From the NCBI RefSeq assembly GCF_009834535.1, contig NC_045698.1, forward strand, positions 15,378,001-15,442,000: a stretch of DNA of 64,000 nucleotides, written 5' to 3'. Below the pieces are notes generated by a model, which saw nothing but the letters and a program-made list of their open reading frames with translations, was not told the origin of the DNA and did not search any database. Origin of the DNA: Camelus ferus (Eukaryota). A program made the translations under genes and the position numbers. Positions 1 through 14,679 of this stretch are shown in pieces. The first letter of the stretch is position 1, and each line of letters opens with the position of its first letter.

Positions 1-839
1 TTTCGCTGAATATGAATTTAATCCCAGGCATGAGGTTCTAAGGTAAATCAAAGCACAGGTTTTGGCAAATAAACAAAGGTATTTAAGAAGAAGTAAAACA
101 CAAACTATTTTTACTAAGCTGCATTGTATGTCTATATTAAAAATGATTAATTCTAATATGTATTTTTACAATAGGAAAGTGAAGAAACCCAAGAGCTTAA
201 AGACATTTTTCTTTTTGCTCTGCTCTTTGCATTGTCTGCCAGTTTTGTAACCTGATAGCACTTGTTAAAAGGCTTAAGCCTTGCTTCTAAATCTTTTGCT
301 TTCTTAATTGTGGCTCCTCTCCATGGGTTTTATGCTATACAGGGCTCGTTTCAATTTACTGGTTTGTGGCATTTTCAGATTTCAAGCACCCAGTCAGTTT
401 TGAAGGATTAGAAACTTAAGCTTCTTAATGTGATTCCTGAAAAAAAGCTTCTCTTAGAAGGAAGCAGGGGGACATATTTGGACTGTTTTTTAGAGTGTAC
501 AACCTTTGGGTCCTTCTAATGAGTATCCATGGATTTTTATTTCATTATCTGTCCTTAAAATCATTTAAAACTCTTTAAATAAAACATAATCACTTAAAAT
601 ATCTTGATATATTTGATACCTCCTCCTTATACCAAATTTAATTGACAAATTCATACAAATATATAAACCAGAAATGGAGGAAGAGGAGAAAGGGTAAACT
701 TTAATTATATCTCTAAATTTAATGTTTAGTAGGTATTTGTAACTAATTTGATAAAAAAAAAAATGTATCTTGCCCTGTATGTGATTGTTCTTTGTTTTGT
801 GTGTATGTGGGACTTTTTTTTTTTTTTTAGTTGTCATGT

Positions 840-1705
840 CTCTTTATTGAGAAATTAAAAAGATATAGGCCATAAAGTTTATCAGTTGTAACTTTAATTC
901 AGTGACTCTTATTGGATGCATACTATTGTGCAAGTGTAATAACAAACCAAGTTTGGAATATCTGTGTCCCTGAAATATTCTGAGGTTTCTGTTGGCAGTC
1001 CGTCCCAGCTCACATGTCCAGTGCCAGGCAACCAGATAACTATTGATTTTTACATATATATGTACATATATGTGCTATGTATGCACACACACTTTTTGTT
1101 TCTTTCTAGAAATCTTATTTAAATGGAATAATATAATACATAGCCATTTCAGTTTGAGTTTTTCTCTTAACATAATATTTTTGAGATTTATCCATGTTGC
1201 TACATTTATCTGTGGTCTGTTCCTTTTTATTGCTCAGTAGTATACCATTGTACTGATATACTGTATTTTGTTTATCCATTTACCTGTTGATGACTATTTA
1301 GATGTTTCCAGTTTTTTCCTATGAATGTTTGCTACAAGACTTTGTGTGGACATATGTTTTAATTTTGCTAGGGTAGATACCTGGATCATATACAAGCACA
1401 GGTTTAACTTTTTTAAGAAACTGTCAAAATATCTTCCAAAGGGACCATACATTTTGTGTTTTATCAGCAACATATAGGAGTTTTGGTTTCTTCACAACTT
1501 ACCAATACTCGGTATTAACTGTATTTTGATTTATAGCCCTTCTTCTCAATGGCAATGCTGTCTCATTTTGGTTTTAATAAGCATTTTCCTACTGACTAAT
1601 GATGTTGAACATCTTTTTATGTGAATAGATATTTGTAGGTTTTCTTTGATAAAATGTCCACACAATCTTTGCCCATCTTTTATTTGGTTTGTTTTCCTCT
1701 TATTA
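840..1705 (-). mobile_element. Old LINE-1 (L1M-type) 3' fragment
   Basis: Antisense L1 3' motifs (ttatccatgttgc..., ccatttacctgttgatg..., tttaagaaactgtcaaa). The minus ORF 1546-1743 resembles the ORF2 C-terminal region (HIKRCSTSLV). Confidence 0.8.
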
Positions 1706-1854
1706 TCTAGGTGGGCAAAGATAAACTCGGGGGTCCTTATCAAAGAGAAGCAGGAAAGTCAGTGAGAGGAGAAGATGTGTTGAAGGAAGCAGTAGTCTGA
1801 TTGATCTCATTGCTGGGAGAGGACAGAGAGCCAGGTAAAGTGGGCTCTCTCTAA

Positions 1855-2040
1855 AAGCTGTTTTTCCCGTAGTATTGTGTCCCAAAAAGTGGCCATAGGC
1901 CATTTGCATCAACATCACCTATAATTCTTATTTTTGAATGAACTGAGATCACATCTGTAAGCTTCATCAGTGAATTTGGGTGAGGGTTTCAAATCACTCC
2001 AGGTGATTCTCATTCACCCATAAGTTTGGTACCCACTCTT
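1855..2040. mobile_element. MER5-like hAT-Charlie DNA transposon relic
   Basis: gcatcaacatcacct ... ctccaggtgattctcattcacccataagtttg motifs typical of MER5. Confidence 0.55.
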
Positions 2041-2375
2041 CTACAGAAAACTCAGTCTTAATACTCTACATCCAACATAGACCTCAAGTCCCAGTCTCAT
2101 TCATAGTATTTGGCTGGTCAGAGAAGGCAGCAACAGGTGGTCATCCTTGGCTCTTCTCTCTCAGATTTTAGCTGCCCTACCTTATACTTTATTTCTTTAA
2201 TCTGATGTTGTCATGTCTGATGCTGACCTAAACTCAGACTTCCATTGTGAATGCAAATGAGGCTACTTAGTCCATTTTTTGCCACTGCTGTCATAGATTT
2301 TTAAAAATACGATAGGATGGATGACATTTTGGTAGTATTAACAGATAACGTTTTTCTCTTTTTCTTCCTACATGA

Positions 2376-2715
2376 CAGTCTCAGTCTGTTTGGCCTGCTG
2401 TAACAAATTACCATAGACTGGATGACTTAAAAATGGAAATTTATTTTTCACAGTTCAGTAGGCTGGAAAGTTCAAGATCAAGTTGACAGCTGATTCTTTG
2501 TGTGCTGAGGGCCCACTTCCTGATTTATAGACCGCCACCTTCTCACTTTGTCCTCACATGGCAGAAGGGGCAAGGGAACTCTCTGAGGTCTCTTTTATTA
2601 GGGCACTAATCCCATTCATAAGGGCTCTACCCTTGTGACTTAATCACCTACCAAAGACTTCAACTCCTAATATCATCACATGAGAAATTAGGATTTCAGC
2701 TTTGTGAGAAGCAAA
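2376..2715 (-). mobile_element. MaLR solo LTR (MLT1A/B-like)
   Basis: gctgtaacaaattaccatagactgg...aagttcaagatcaag...ggcactaatcccattcat...taatcacct match the reverse of MLT1. Confidence 0.8.
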
Positions 2716-2791
2716 CATTTAATAACTGTACTCCCTTTTATTCTGTAATCAATCCTCATTTGGGCTAATGGACATGAATCCTCAGTACTTT

Positions 2792-2970
2792 AGAGCAGTT
2801 TCTAAAAATGCAGTGCCTAGATCTGCTTCTTGGATCACCTGGGAACTAGTCCAATTCCTAGGCCTCACTAGGGCTTGCTAAATCAGAAACTCTGGGGATG
2901 GAATCCAGCAATCAGTGTTTTTAGAAGTCCTCTAAGTGCTGTATACTCCAGCTTGAGACCCACGGCTGTG
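2792..2970. mobile_element. MER5A-like DNA transposon
   Basis: gcagtttctaaaa...atcacctgggaact...aatcagaaactctggggatgg...ttgagacccac. Confidence 0.7.
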
Positions 2971-3559
2971 TAGAAAATTTGCCACAACCAAACCACAAGA
3001 CAAACTCACTTAATTTTTGGATTTTAATAATTTGAATAAAAATTCCAGCAGCAGAATACTTACGGCCTCACAGGAAGCTCACTTTCCCTTTGGCTCCCTA
3101 GTTTCACTTTTCCTCCTGTCTCTTATTCATGTTGTGGACTACTGAGAATTCCAAAGGCAAGAGAAGAATGAGAACTTCTCTCTCAGATTAGCTGTTCCCC
3201 AGTAGTTAGGATGTGGTGGTTCAGCTTCATAGTTCATCACATTATGAAATACTCTTCTCTGCCAAAGTAGCAGGTGTAATTCTGTTCAACCTTTAAGCCT
3301 TGCCGTGTGTTGGCACCTTTTTCCTAAGGCACTGAACCTGTGATTTTCTGGTTGAGGATCTCAGTGACTTCTTCTTGAATAAAATATTCAGAAAAGGGAA
3401 AGCATAGAGGGTCTTCATCCAAATGGTCAGAGATTGAGTCCACAAATAAGAACAAGAGAAGATAGAAGAGACAACTTAATGTTATGTCCACTTAAAAAAT
3501 TATCCCAAAATTCATTGGTCAATGTGATGAGTGAGCAGGGTATGATCTCATACAAACCT

Positions 3560-3960
3560 ACATTACTGCAGAATAAGTTTGCACGTGAGTGATAATCAAA
3601 CCATCCACTTAAACAAGATAGAAATTTTTCTGTCACATAGAACAACCTGGAAGTAGATGATCTAAAGATGGTAGGGTGTGGCATCTTGTTTTTTTCACTC
3701 AATTCTACATATAGCTTCCATTTGAAGTTTCAGGAAAGCTTTTTTTGAGCTTCAGCTATTAAGTCCACATTTTCCCTGGCAGGAGGAGAAAAAGACCAAG
3801 AAAGCCATTTCTCTTCCCTTTGAGAACAAGTTTTTCTCACCACTTCTACTAAGATTTCCTTAACCAGAACTTAACCACATGATTGACTGTGAAAAATGTG
3901 GGCTTCCCCCACCTCAATATGCAGCCACTTAGCCACAAGAATAATTGAAGTTTCTATAAG
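3560..3960 (-). mobile_element. Old MaLR LTR (MLT1J/K-like)
   Basis: Degenerate motifs cttaaacaagatagaaattt, ccacatt...caggaggag, ccagaacttaaccacatg. Confidence 0.45.
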
Positions 3961-6900
3961 GAAGTAAAAAAATTGGAGATGGAGACATAACTATGAGTTT
4001 CTACGAAAACTGTGGGCTTACAATCTTTACTATTTAAGCTTTCTCCTTTATTGCCATTTTATTTACCAAAAATGAAAAAAAAATGACTAATTTGCAGTAT
4101 GTAAAGTCATGCTAACGTTGGCTGTGCACTTTTACCTTTGGTGTATTTTATTACTTAATTTTCAATTCAGGACAGAGTCCTTATATTTCTTATTTTTAAA
4201 TATAGCATGGAGTTTAAAAACTCCAACAAGAGTAAATTGGTTTCTATTTCAACCTGCCTTGCTAACTCAGTCAGATAAAATGTTTTTAAAATGCCAATTA
4301 TGCCCTGTGTGAAATAGATACTTCCCCGTGGTTCTAGTAGTTATCTTCAGAAAAAAATCAAGAAGGTTTGCATTCTTTGAATTAGAGTCACTCCTTCAGC
4401 CTGTGTGCTTAAGAATTCCTAAGGCAACCATCTTCAAAGTCATTTCTCAGCTGGGTGGATTGTCTGCACAGCATTTCACAGAGTTGTGCTCATTCATTCT
4501 ACATGGACCTAATGAAGTTCTTACTGCAATTACCAGGCTGATAGCCCAAAGTCAGGCAGTGGCTTTCTATTTTAAACCTACTGTAAGTTGAATTTCCATT
4601 TAACAGCACATCACATAACTGCAACTTAACCTGAAACCTGTAATATTATAAAAAGAAGAAAACTCACCTTCTAAATAAATTGACAGAACAAAGCTTATAT
4701 TTCTAATAAGATGGAGCTAAATATCATAATATGTCATTAAGCCAAACAATTATAATAAAATATATATCTCTCTGTTTTTCCTGATCTTTGTTGGAAGAGT
4801 TCCTGCTCTTTGACTAATTCTCCAACAAAGCCACCTGCAGTACCTCACTGTTAAAAATAGGTTTTCAATCAAATGATGTTTTTATGTTCTTAATACAAAG
4901 CTATAAACATAAAAATTACATTTAAAATAAATAGAAGTTTGATACAAGAGATATGTCAATTAAAAATATTCACCTAATTTAAAACATTTTAGTTCATTTT
5001 TTTTTAATTCGACATATATTCAGGGACCACTCTTATCTATACCCTACATATTAAATGGTCAATAAATGATTGTTAAATAAAAAGCATATTAATGGTTGTC
5101 ATATTACAACTTACAATTTTTACATAAGACATTCTCTAAAGTGATAACTGCTTGTGAATTTTAGTCTAAACACATTTCACATTTAACTTTTAAAAGATTA
5201 AAAAGTTTGTGTTTGGCTTTTACAGTTAAATATGATACATGCCAATTTCACTAAATTTAAATAATTTCTTTTTCAAAAACACTATAGATTTTTTAGGCAT
5301 TCGTACACTTTTTATGAATATAGGTATTTCCACAGTGTTATCATATTACCTCAGTGTTAGAAAACAGAGTGAAAAATGACTATAGGACAGAATGATATTT
5401 TATCATTATTTTTCCCAGCCCTTTTCTTTCTTTGAGAACTTAAGTGATATTGGATAATTAGATGGAGATTTGAGACGTGGCCAATAGAAACAAGACAGAG
5501 TTTTGTCTTTCATATAAATTATTTTATCTTAAGAATCTAAAAGAACACAAGTTGACTTGAGGGACCCACTGTATAGAAAATTCTTACTTTCCACAGCCAG
5601 GATAAGGCTGAGGCATAGTAAGAAGATAGGAGAGAGGAATGGAGTGGGTGGGGTCAGGAGGAGAGCAGCAAAGACAGGAAGAACCTGGGGCATCATGGGA
5701 GAAAAGAGTTGGAAAAAGCACCAAAGAAGGAGGAGGTAGTTAGAGAACCATCTGAGTGCACCCTGTAGGATGTGATGGAAATAGGACATCCATTGTAATC
5801 TCTGGATACTTTTTTATACTTGATCTCATATACAGTAAAATTTCTTGTCTTGCCATAGCTAAATATCTTCTTACACATGATGGCTTTATTAAGGAATTAT
5901 GGGAGAAGTGCCTTAATATCTGGGAATATTGGACCTTGGCACTGCAGCCAGATATACAGAAATGACAGCCCTCTGTAGCACAAAGTGAGGGGTCTCTCTA
6001 AGTCAGCTGACTCTAGAGAGAAGGCTGCTGAGGATGTGAATAGAGCTAATGCAGTAATGGTGGTTAGATTATTACTCGCTCAAGAAGACAGATGTGTTGA
6101 GAGAGTTGTAATCACAGCACTACAGTCAGAAGGGAAAACACATGTCAGGAAGAACTGAACCAACTAGAAAGCTGGGATTGTCCTTTTTTTTTTTTTTTTT
6201 ACGTAATTTTATCACACTGATCCCTTCAGGAAATTTCTTGTACAATATATTGTAGGAAGGATCCCACGGAGGGTAGTATGTATAACTGAATTACCCAACA
6301 TTAATATTTAAAGATCTCTGAATTGTTTTCAGAAGGGTCAGTCTCCAGCTCGCCCCAGGCTGCTCAAACACTGAGGGAACCCAAAAAGGAGAGCCTGGAA
6401 CCAGCAAGGGAGGCAAGGGAGGTAGCCTGGGGCTAGCCACTTCCAGGTATCAGACACAACTTTTGAGGTGGCGACGGAGCATATTTCAGAAAACCGAGTG
6501 AATACATTTTGGACTGAGTGCTAGGGAATGTTTCACAAATGTCTGTCTAGGAAACTGAGCAAAGCAAGTCTTACGGAAAGATTTGTGGTATTTGCTTGAA
6601 GAGAAAATTGTAAAAGTGGAGAATAATGGAGGAAAGAAAACCGGACACAAATTAAACTATGTAAGTTATAGGGGAATTGGAAGAGGGAAGGAAATTCATA
6701 ATTACTAGCAAACGTATGTGGACCGAAGAGCTGGACAAGGCAGAGGAAAGCAGTAAAGACAGTGGCATTTATAAGAATCTAACCTCAGAGATCTCAGAGT
6801 ATTGAGTTTACCAAGACCTCTCACATCCCCTGTCATAGTCCTAAAAGTACAAAGGAAGGCTGTGGACCTTTGAAAAGATGCTAAACTTTGTAACACTGGA

Positions 6901-7685
6901 GTAGCCAGACATCATAGGACTGATGACATAGGTAATCGGTTTGTCACTAACTTTACCCTCTGCCAGACCTTAGCCCACTATTGTCTAGACTAGATAGGGA
7001 ATGAAACAGAATCAAGTTCTCCATACGTGCTCTGTGCTGATAAATCCAGAGGTATCAGTAAGAAGCTCCTATTTCCTTCTGCCATGTGAGAATGAGGGAG
7101 GTGGGGAAGATGAATTAAAATAGTCAGCTTTGAATTTAGGAATCCTTGATGACAGCTCAGATGAATGGTAAATGCAGTTGGGAAGAAGCAGCCAATAAGA
7201 AGCTGGTTTTTCTCTCTCCAGGAATGAGATACGGAGTTTTGAAAGGGGATAGCATCTAATAGAAAGACAGGATTCTTAATAATTTAGAGAAATGTTTATG
7301 ATTCCCCATAAGGAGATCACTGACTAAAGGCACAGCACTCATGAGTTTTAAATGAATGACATTAGTCCATATAAATATGCATCAACATTTTTTATATAAA
7401 AAGACCACTAATGAACAGGATAAATTAGTGGATCTTGAGATCAAGATGCATTTTGAAAAGGTAGAACGCCAACACACTTAGTGTTAGATTTAAGAAACTG
7501 GTATTTTAGTTATGGAGAAGACATCTTTCCTTTGTGTGGAGCAAGGCTGGGGATTCAGTCTGAGTTACCCTACATCTTCAGTACTCTAATCCCCAAGCCT
7601 CCTGGTACCTTCCTCTTCCTAACCCCATGACTCACATCCATCAGTTGCTGAGTTTGTTATCTTCTTTTTTGGGGAGTGGGGGATA

Positions 7686-8990
7686 TTTTTTTTTGAAGTA
7701 TAGTCAGTTTGCAATGTTATGTCAATTTCCAGTGTACAGCATAATAGTTCAGTCATACATACACATACATATATTCATTTCATATTCTTTTTCATTATAG
7801 GTTACTACAAGATATTGAGTATAGTTCCCTGTGCTATACAGCAGGACCTTGTTGTTTATCCATTTTATATATAGTAGTTAGTATGCACATCTTGAACTCT
7901 TATTTATCCTTTCCAACCCCCTTCTCGCCAGTAATTATAATTTGTTTTCTATGTCTGTGAGTCTGTTTCTGTTTTGTAAATAAATTCATTTTTTAAGATT
8001 CCACATATAAGTGATATCATATTTTATTTTTCTTTCTCTTTCTGGCTTACTTCACTTAGAATGACAATCTCCAGGTCCATCCATGTTGCTGCAGATAGCA
8101 TTGTTTTATTTTTTATGGCTGAGTAGTATTCCATTGTATGAATATACCACACCTTCTTTATATGCTCGTCTGCCAGTGGACATTTAGGTTCTTTCCATGT
8201 CTTGGTTATTGTAAATAGTGCTGCTATGAACATTGGGGTGCATGTATGTTTTCAAATTAAAGATCCCTCTGGATACATGCCCAGCAGTGGGATTGCTGGT
8301 TCAGATGAAGTCTATTTTTAGTTTTTTGAGGGATCTCCATACTGTTTTCCATAATGGCTGCACCAAACTATATTCCCACCAGCAATGTAAGAGGGTTCCC
8401 TTTCCTCCACACCCTTTTTAGCATTTATTTTTTGTGGACTTTTTAATAATGGCTATTTTAACTGGTGTGAGATGATACCTCATTGCAGTTTTGATTTGCA
8501 TTTCTCTGATAATTAGTGATATTGAGCATTTTTTTTCATGTGCCTATTGGCCATTTGTATGTCTTCACTGGAGAATTGTTTCTTTAGGTCTTCTGCTCAT
8601 TTTTGGATTGGGTTGTTTGTTTTTATTATTAAGTTGTGTGAGCTATTTATATGTTCTGGAAATTAAGCCCTTGTCAGCCTCATCTTTTGCAAATATTTTC
8701 TCCCATTTTGTAGGTTGTCTTTTTGTTTCGCTTATGATTTGCTTTGCTGTGCAAATGATTTTAAGTTTAATTAGGTCCCATTTGTTTATTTTTGCTCTTA
8801 TTTCTTTGCCTGGGTAGACTGCCATAGGAAAACATTTCTAAAATTTATGTCAGAGAATGTTTTGCCTCTGTATTCTTCTAAGAGATTTATAGTGTCTTAT
8901 GTTAAAGCCTTTAAGCCATTTTGAGTTTATTTTTGTGTATGGTATGAGGGAGTGTTCTAACTTCATTGATTTACATGTAACTGTCCAGCA
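7686..8990 (-). mobile_element. Relatively young 5'-truncated LINE-1 (artiodactyl-type 3' UTR plus ORF2 C-terminus)
   Basis: Poly-T, then gaagtatagtcagtttgcaatgtt... Minus ORFs 8024-8233 ([19 protein letters not shown]...MEYYSAIK) and 8643-8825 ([11 protein letters not shown]...WEKIFA) are L1 ORF2 C-terminal motifs. Confidence 0.93.
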
Positions 8991-11379
8991 ACTTTCCATA
9001 CTTTATTAGAATTTGAGTTAGATGGTCAATAATGAGTCCAAATTGGTAACTAGGTTGGAAGGAACAGTTTTGGCCTCACAGGATCTTTCTGTTCATTTTC
9101 AATATGCAGCATATTGTTAAGTGAGCCAACGGGATGGGCTTTTTGTCACAATTTTATTGAGATACATTTTGCATAACATTTTCACTTGTTTTAATGTGCA
9201 ATTCAATGAATTATAGACAATGATATATTGCAGTATATCATTAAAGTTTTAGAGGATGTCTGAACATCTGATAATTTACAGGAAAAGTAGAACAATAATT
9301 TAATTGCACATATAAAGTTTTCTTTCTCTTCTCTGAAATAAACTCAACAAGCATCCTGATGCATTTTATAACTTGGTATATTGTTTATTTTTTTGTTGTT
9401 GTTGTTGTTATTTAAGGGAGCTTAAGGAGAATTCTCAACTGTTTTCTCCACAGTCTGGGTACGCAACAGTTCATGGTTTTACTCTCTGGTCAGGGGCCTG
9501 GTATGATGTTATTGTGTGTTGTTTGTTGAGTGCATAACTATCTGTTTCTAATAATAGAAAGATAAATGTTAAGGTGAAAATTCTCTTATAACACTAGAAA
9601 AGCTGAGAACAAGATTCTTGGTTGTATGGAAATTATCCCACTAGAAAATGGTGATGGAGCAGCATCAAGGAAGGCGTGTGATCATTTCACTCACTAGGAA
9701 TTCATATGAATGCTTTTAAAATAAAATTTAGGCTACACATCCTGTTGTGAAATGTTATATTTGAATTTGTGTGTATGTGTGTGTGCATGTCCATCATATA
9801 AGAAGAGAGGAATAAATAAACTATTTCTGCATCCAAGTTAAGCAGGAATATGTAGAGGGTAGGATTTAGTTAATTCACCATCTCTGAAATATAAAATGGA
9901 ATACACATGTGTATATCTATATTATTATATATTCAAAGTTAATCTGAAGCTTTAATATGTCCCTGGTTGGAATCCGCTCTGAAGGTTAACCATGCACTTT
10001 CCCAGGTCCCAAAGAAGTGTGACAGTGAAAAAAATCACTGAGAAGTGAGCCCAAAATAATCAGAATTGTGTATATTTAAAAATTCTTAATCTTTGGAGCA
10101 ATATGACCATGCTTCTTAAGAATAATATCACTGATATTCATAAGATTATGAAACATGCTATTTTTCAAATTAAATAATTTGCTTCATAGTGTCATTTAGA
10201 ATTGTTTTGCAAATAAATCACTTGGATTATTGCAGTTTGTTGTTTTGTTATTTAAAACAAATTAATTTATTTAGTTATTGTAGTGATGAGACAGACATAG
10301 CTTTTCATAGACTCAGCTCTAGCTGGATATATTCATTTTCCCTAAAGCTGCTTATTTGTGTTATAAAAATCGCCTTGAATTTGATTTCCTAGCCTAATTC
10401 AGAATAACTATGTAAACTGTTTTCTATACTTGTATGCAATATAAAAGGTAACTCATAATTACTCTTGAACATATATTTAAAATATATTCCCTGTTTTTTG
10501 TTGTCACTGCTTGAGTAGGAATGGCAAAGCCTGAATTTTACAGAGTCTACTCTTCTATTTTCATTTATTTTCTATTTAGCATCTTTAAGAACTATCCCTA
10601 TAATTCAAAAATAGCTAAAACCAGTCCAGATATTTTTATTAGCAATTTTAGAAAGACCTCCAAATTACAGGGTGAATTAAATATTAATGTCTAAATAATG
10701 TCTTAAGATTAAATTAGCATACATTTTCCTGGTGATTCCATGATCATCTACCAGTTCGATGATGTGCTGGAAGGAGTAATATAACTCAACATAAAGTTGT
10801 AGACAAGGTTTATCATCACAAAGTTCACACTATAGGAACTGCAAGAAGAAAGATATACCCAGGCTAAGGCCGTGTGTATACATAATGCAAGCTTTATTGT
10901 CCTCACTCTGCAGGAATTGCAAAGATGTATCTTCCTTTTTAGCTCCAAATCGCTGGGACATCTGTGAAAAGATCCTGCCAAGGGCAGACTACTTGAGTTT
11001 TGGCATCAAAAGCTTGTAAAGAGGGTTGTTTCTCATATGCCACGTGACCAGCCTTCGTGTGGACCCCAAATCAGTCACCAGGCATTGTGAGTACTCATGC
11101 GGACTGTAAACAAGCTGACAACCTGGTTCATCTCAACCCACTACCTTAGGAGCACAGGTAGCATCATTACCAGGTAAGTTTGTTAGCATTCCAGTAGTTT
11201 AGTTCTTAGAGTTATACCAAGGGTCGTCGATGACTTTAGAGTAAATGAAGAGCTGACTGAAACAGACCAGCTATGTTAACGCTTTCCTTAAATATAGTCA
11301 CATCTCAAAAGCGTTTCCCCTTCAATTTTCACTGTAAATTAGCATTATGCAGTATATTGGAATCACCTCTCAAATAAAT

Positions 11380-11620
11380 CCTTGTCTTTGAGTTAGCACT
11401 CTGATTTACTGAAGACTGAGTTACCTGACCCTCCTTTGCTCTGTGAACTCGTGAGGTTTCTTCCTTATTCTTCACTAATGGATTTAAGAGCCATGACAGT
11501 ATTTTCTTAACTGCTGCAGTCTCATACTTAGGTGTACTACCCGACTAATAATATCAACGAATAAATATTTGATGAATGATTGGATGAGTAAATTAATAAA
11601 TGAATGCATGAATGACTAAT
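11380..11620 (+). mobile_element. L2 3' end relic
   Basis: Ends in aataaatatttgatgaatga...aatgaatgcatgaatga, the typical L2 tail. Confidence 0.45.
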
Positions 11621-14600
11621 AAAACATAAGGCATAAAGTCAGTCCCAGAAAATATGACAGTGTTTATTCAAATTCCAACTGTGGCTAAACTGAGACAGTT
11701 TTGCCTAATTCTTACACTTGTCTGTGAATTTAATTTTTAGCTTCTTTTCGTATCATTGGTTTTAATGTTTATGTTTTGTTTTCCAGTTTCTTACTGTGCT
11801 CTCCTGGAAGGGCTTATGCACATCCTCGCTTTTCTAGATCGTCCTGCTGTATCTAGTTCTGTAAGGACATCTTCCCTCAGTCTTACTCTCAGAAACCACT
11901 GTGTGTGTCCTTATGACTAGTTCTTAACCCAAGATTTCTGGACTTCCGAATGTTGGGATCCTATAGGTACCATGTATTTAATTACTTCCCTTCTCCTTGA
12001 CACTTTCATCTGAGCAAGATTCTTACAATGAAATTGGAAGTGATGCTTCCTTCATTTTTAATTCAAGACTGCAAGTAAAATATTACAAATAAAAGAATCA
12101 GACATTTTTAATATATCAAAATTCCAATGGGAAACAGATGATACATTATGATTTAAATATTATGTGACAGGTATGTTTTCAAAGGGACTGCCTGCTTACT
12201 TACTCAGGTTGACTGTAGGAATACCTCAAGGGACAGTGCAGGGTCCCCCAGCCCAGCAACACTGGCGTCTTCTCAGGAATCATAGTATCATGAATTACAT
12301 TCTTTTTAGAATATTAAGTGTGTAGATAAGTCTGGTCCTTGTTTTGAGAAAGTTTTTTGCCACTCTCTCTGGCTCCAATCTTACGAGGGACTAGTCTCAG
12401 TTTTTCCCCAGGCCTGCTTTGGCTGGAATCCCCTGATGAGTAAGTAAGCCCTGGACCTTTCCAGTGTATCACCATGACGTCCTAAACAGGCTGGTCATGT
12501 ATCTAACGGAGGCTTACAAAGATCATTATTGAAAGGTTAAATTTTCCAAATATTATGACCTAGGAGGACTGGGCATTAAGATGCTATCTAATTAACAAAT
12601 CCTGTTGAACCATAAAAGAAAAATGTCAGCCTCACTATTTACGCCTTCAGAGGGTCTTTCATTTGTGTACTTCCTTATACTCCATCTTTCACAATTTTTT
12701 CAATATCTTATAGTTTGCTTCCTTCCCAGAGTTGTACTTTAAACCTCCTTTCTTTCTCCCAGTTTACCTATTTCCTTTCTCAGGAAACTCCAATCCATTC
12801 TCTTTCACTAAAGAAGAAATTAGTCGTTAGTTCCTCCTTTGTGTCTTACAAATTCAGTCTTGTCTTAATTAGTCTAGTAATGGAAATGTTCCTCAACTCA
12901 GGTAGACTTCTAAACCAGAAGTTCATCTTCTCAGAATTCAGCCACTCTCTGCCTTTCATTCCTTAGAACTCAATTTTTCATGTAACTTAAAAGCATTCAA
13001 AGGAAAGCTCTGCTCCTTGATCATGAATTCAATAATCAATGATGCTTAGATTTCAAGCATTTTGACACTTCCCGAGTCCATAAGATTGGTAATCAAGCAG
13101 ATCAGCAACTGCATCAATTCAATTTCCTTGCAGAATGAATTGTACAAAATTCCACTAATTAATCTTGCAGATTCTGTTTCTCCTGATATTTACATTTTGT
13201 GCCATATTGTATTTTATAATCTTGCTATCTTGTCATATTACATAATTTTTCAATGCCTAAAAAGTGCTTTGCATTCTTTTTATGCTATAAAGATAATACC
13301 TTATTTTATATCATACTTTTCCTGAAATGAAAAATGATAATGGTGTTCAAAACAGACAAAACGATTATCTAAGTTATGATTAAGTAAAGAACAGGAGGCA
13401 TCCTATATAAGGGTGAAACTGGGATATTTAACACTTATTCTATTATTTTTCCATAAATTATTCCAAATTATTGTGAAATTAATTTCAAATGAGGAATATG
13501 TTACTTTGGTGCATTGCCTCCTAAAATTCTGTCTGAATTCGTCAATGTAAAAATTTTATAGATTCAGAGTACTGCTATGAATTAAAAAGAGATGGTTATG
13601 TCCAGAAATAATTTTATAACTTTTTACTATTTTTGTGTCACATTCAGGAAAAATAGCTAGAAAGGCTATGTGTCTCTTCAGCTCACTAAGTACATTTAGT
13701 GAAATCATTTGAATATCAGGGGGGAAGAGTTATATTCTACATGAAACACTGAATGGTAGCAAAGTGAGATTGGGGAAATATAGATTCTATATTTGTAGCT
13801 CTGTATAAGAAATTGTGGTGTGCATGATGTTGAAAATTGTATTTAAATGTATTTTATGTGTTGAATGTTTGTTAAGAACATTGGAAATGCCAGGAATGTC
13901 CAAGGACTAAATAAAGTTGAGAGGATTTAACCCCATGAATGCAAGGTTGATTTATATTCTAAAATTAACTAATGTAATACAATGTAAAAAAATAAAGTAA
14001 AATACAATACATGAGGATTCATGATGAAAAATCTTAACAAATACTTTCAAAATCCAAAAGACAGTATCATGTCATGACATTTTATAAGGAGATATTTTTA
14101 AGGGTATTAATTACAAAGAAATTATTTGGAAAGATTTGCTATTAATGATGAATCGTTATGCCACAATTTGTTCAGGAACAATCTCTGATAGAATAGTTGT
14201 CCTTCCTTAAAAAGTTGAGGAACTTGATCAAAGGCCAATATAAAACGCAGACAGGGCGTAGTCCCTAAATTAGGTTGATGCCAAGCAGTAATGAAATATG
14301 TGTCTGTGATGTTATTTCCAATTAATACAAAACAAGAGTGAACTTTTAATTGCATCAATGCTTAAACAACATGATTTCTTTGGCAAATCTGATTGAGCTT
14401 AACAAAGAGTTATCTTTTTAAGAAGAGTTATGTAAATATATTAATAGATGAGCCTAATAAAGAGGGAGGTTGATGGTGGCATCCAAAGATGAACCATTCC
14501 TATGAGAAGTAAAGTTTTACAGAAGTGAGGGAATTAGAAATAATGAAAGGGTGATATAAATGGTGAACAGACACCCAGGAGCTGATCCAGGAAAACATTC

Positions 14601-14679
14601 ATCTCCTTATCAAGTCTGTCCTAACTGCTGCCACCATCTGCAGTTCCTTCTACTGACTTCCAGTGACTCATTAAGAAAT

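Noticed and set aside
8024..8825. ORFs with convincing protein-like motifs (MFIAALFTI..., [11 protein letters not shown])
   Set aside because: Fragments of L1 ORF2, not host genes.
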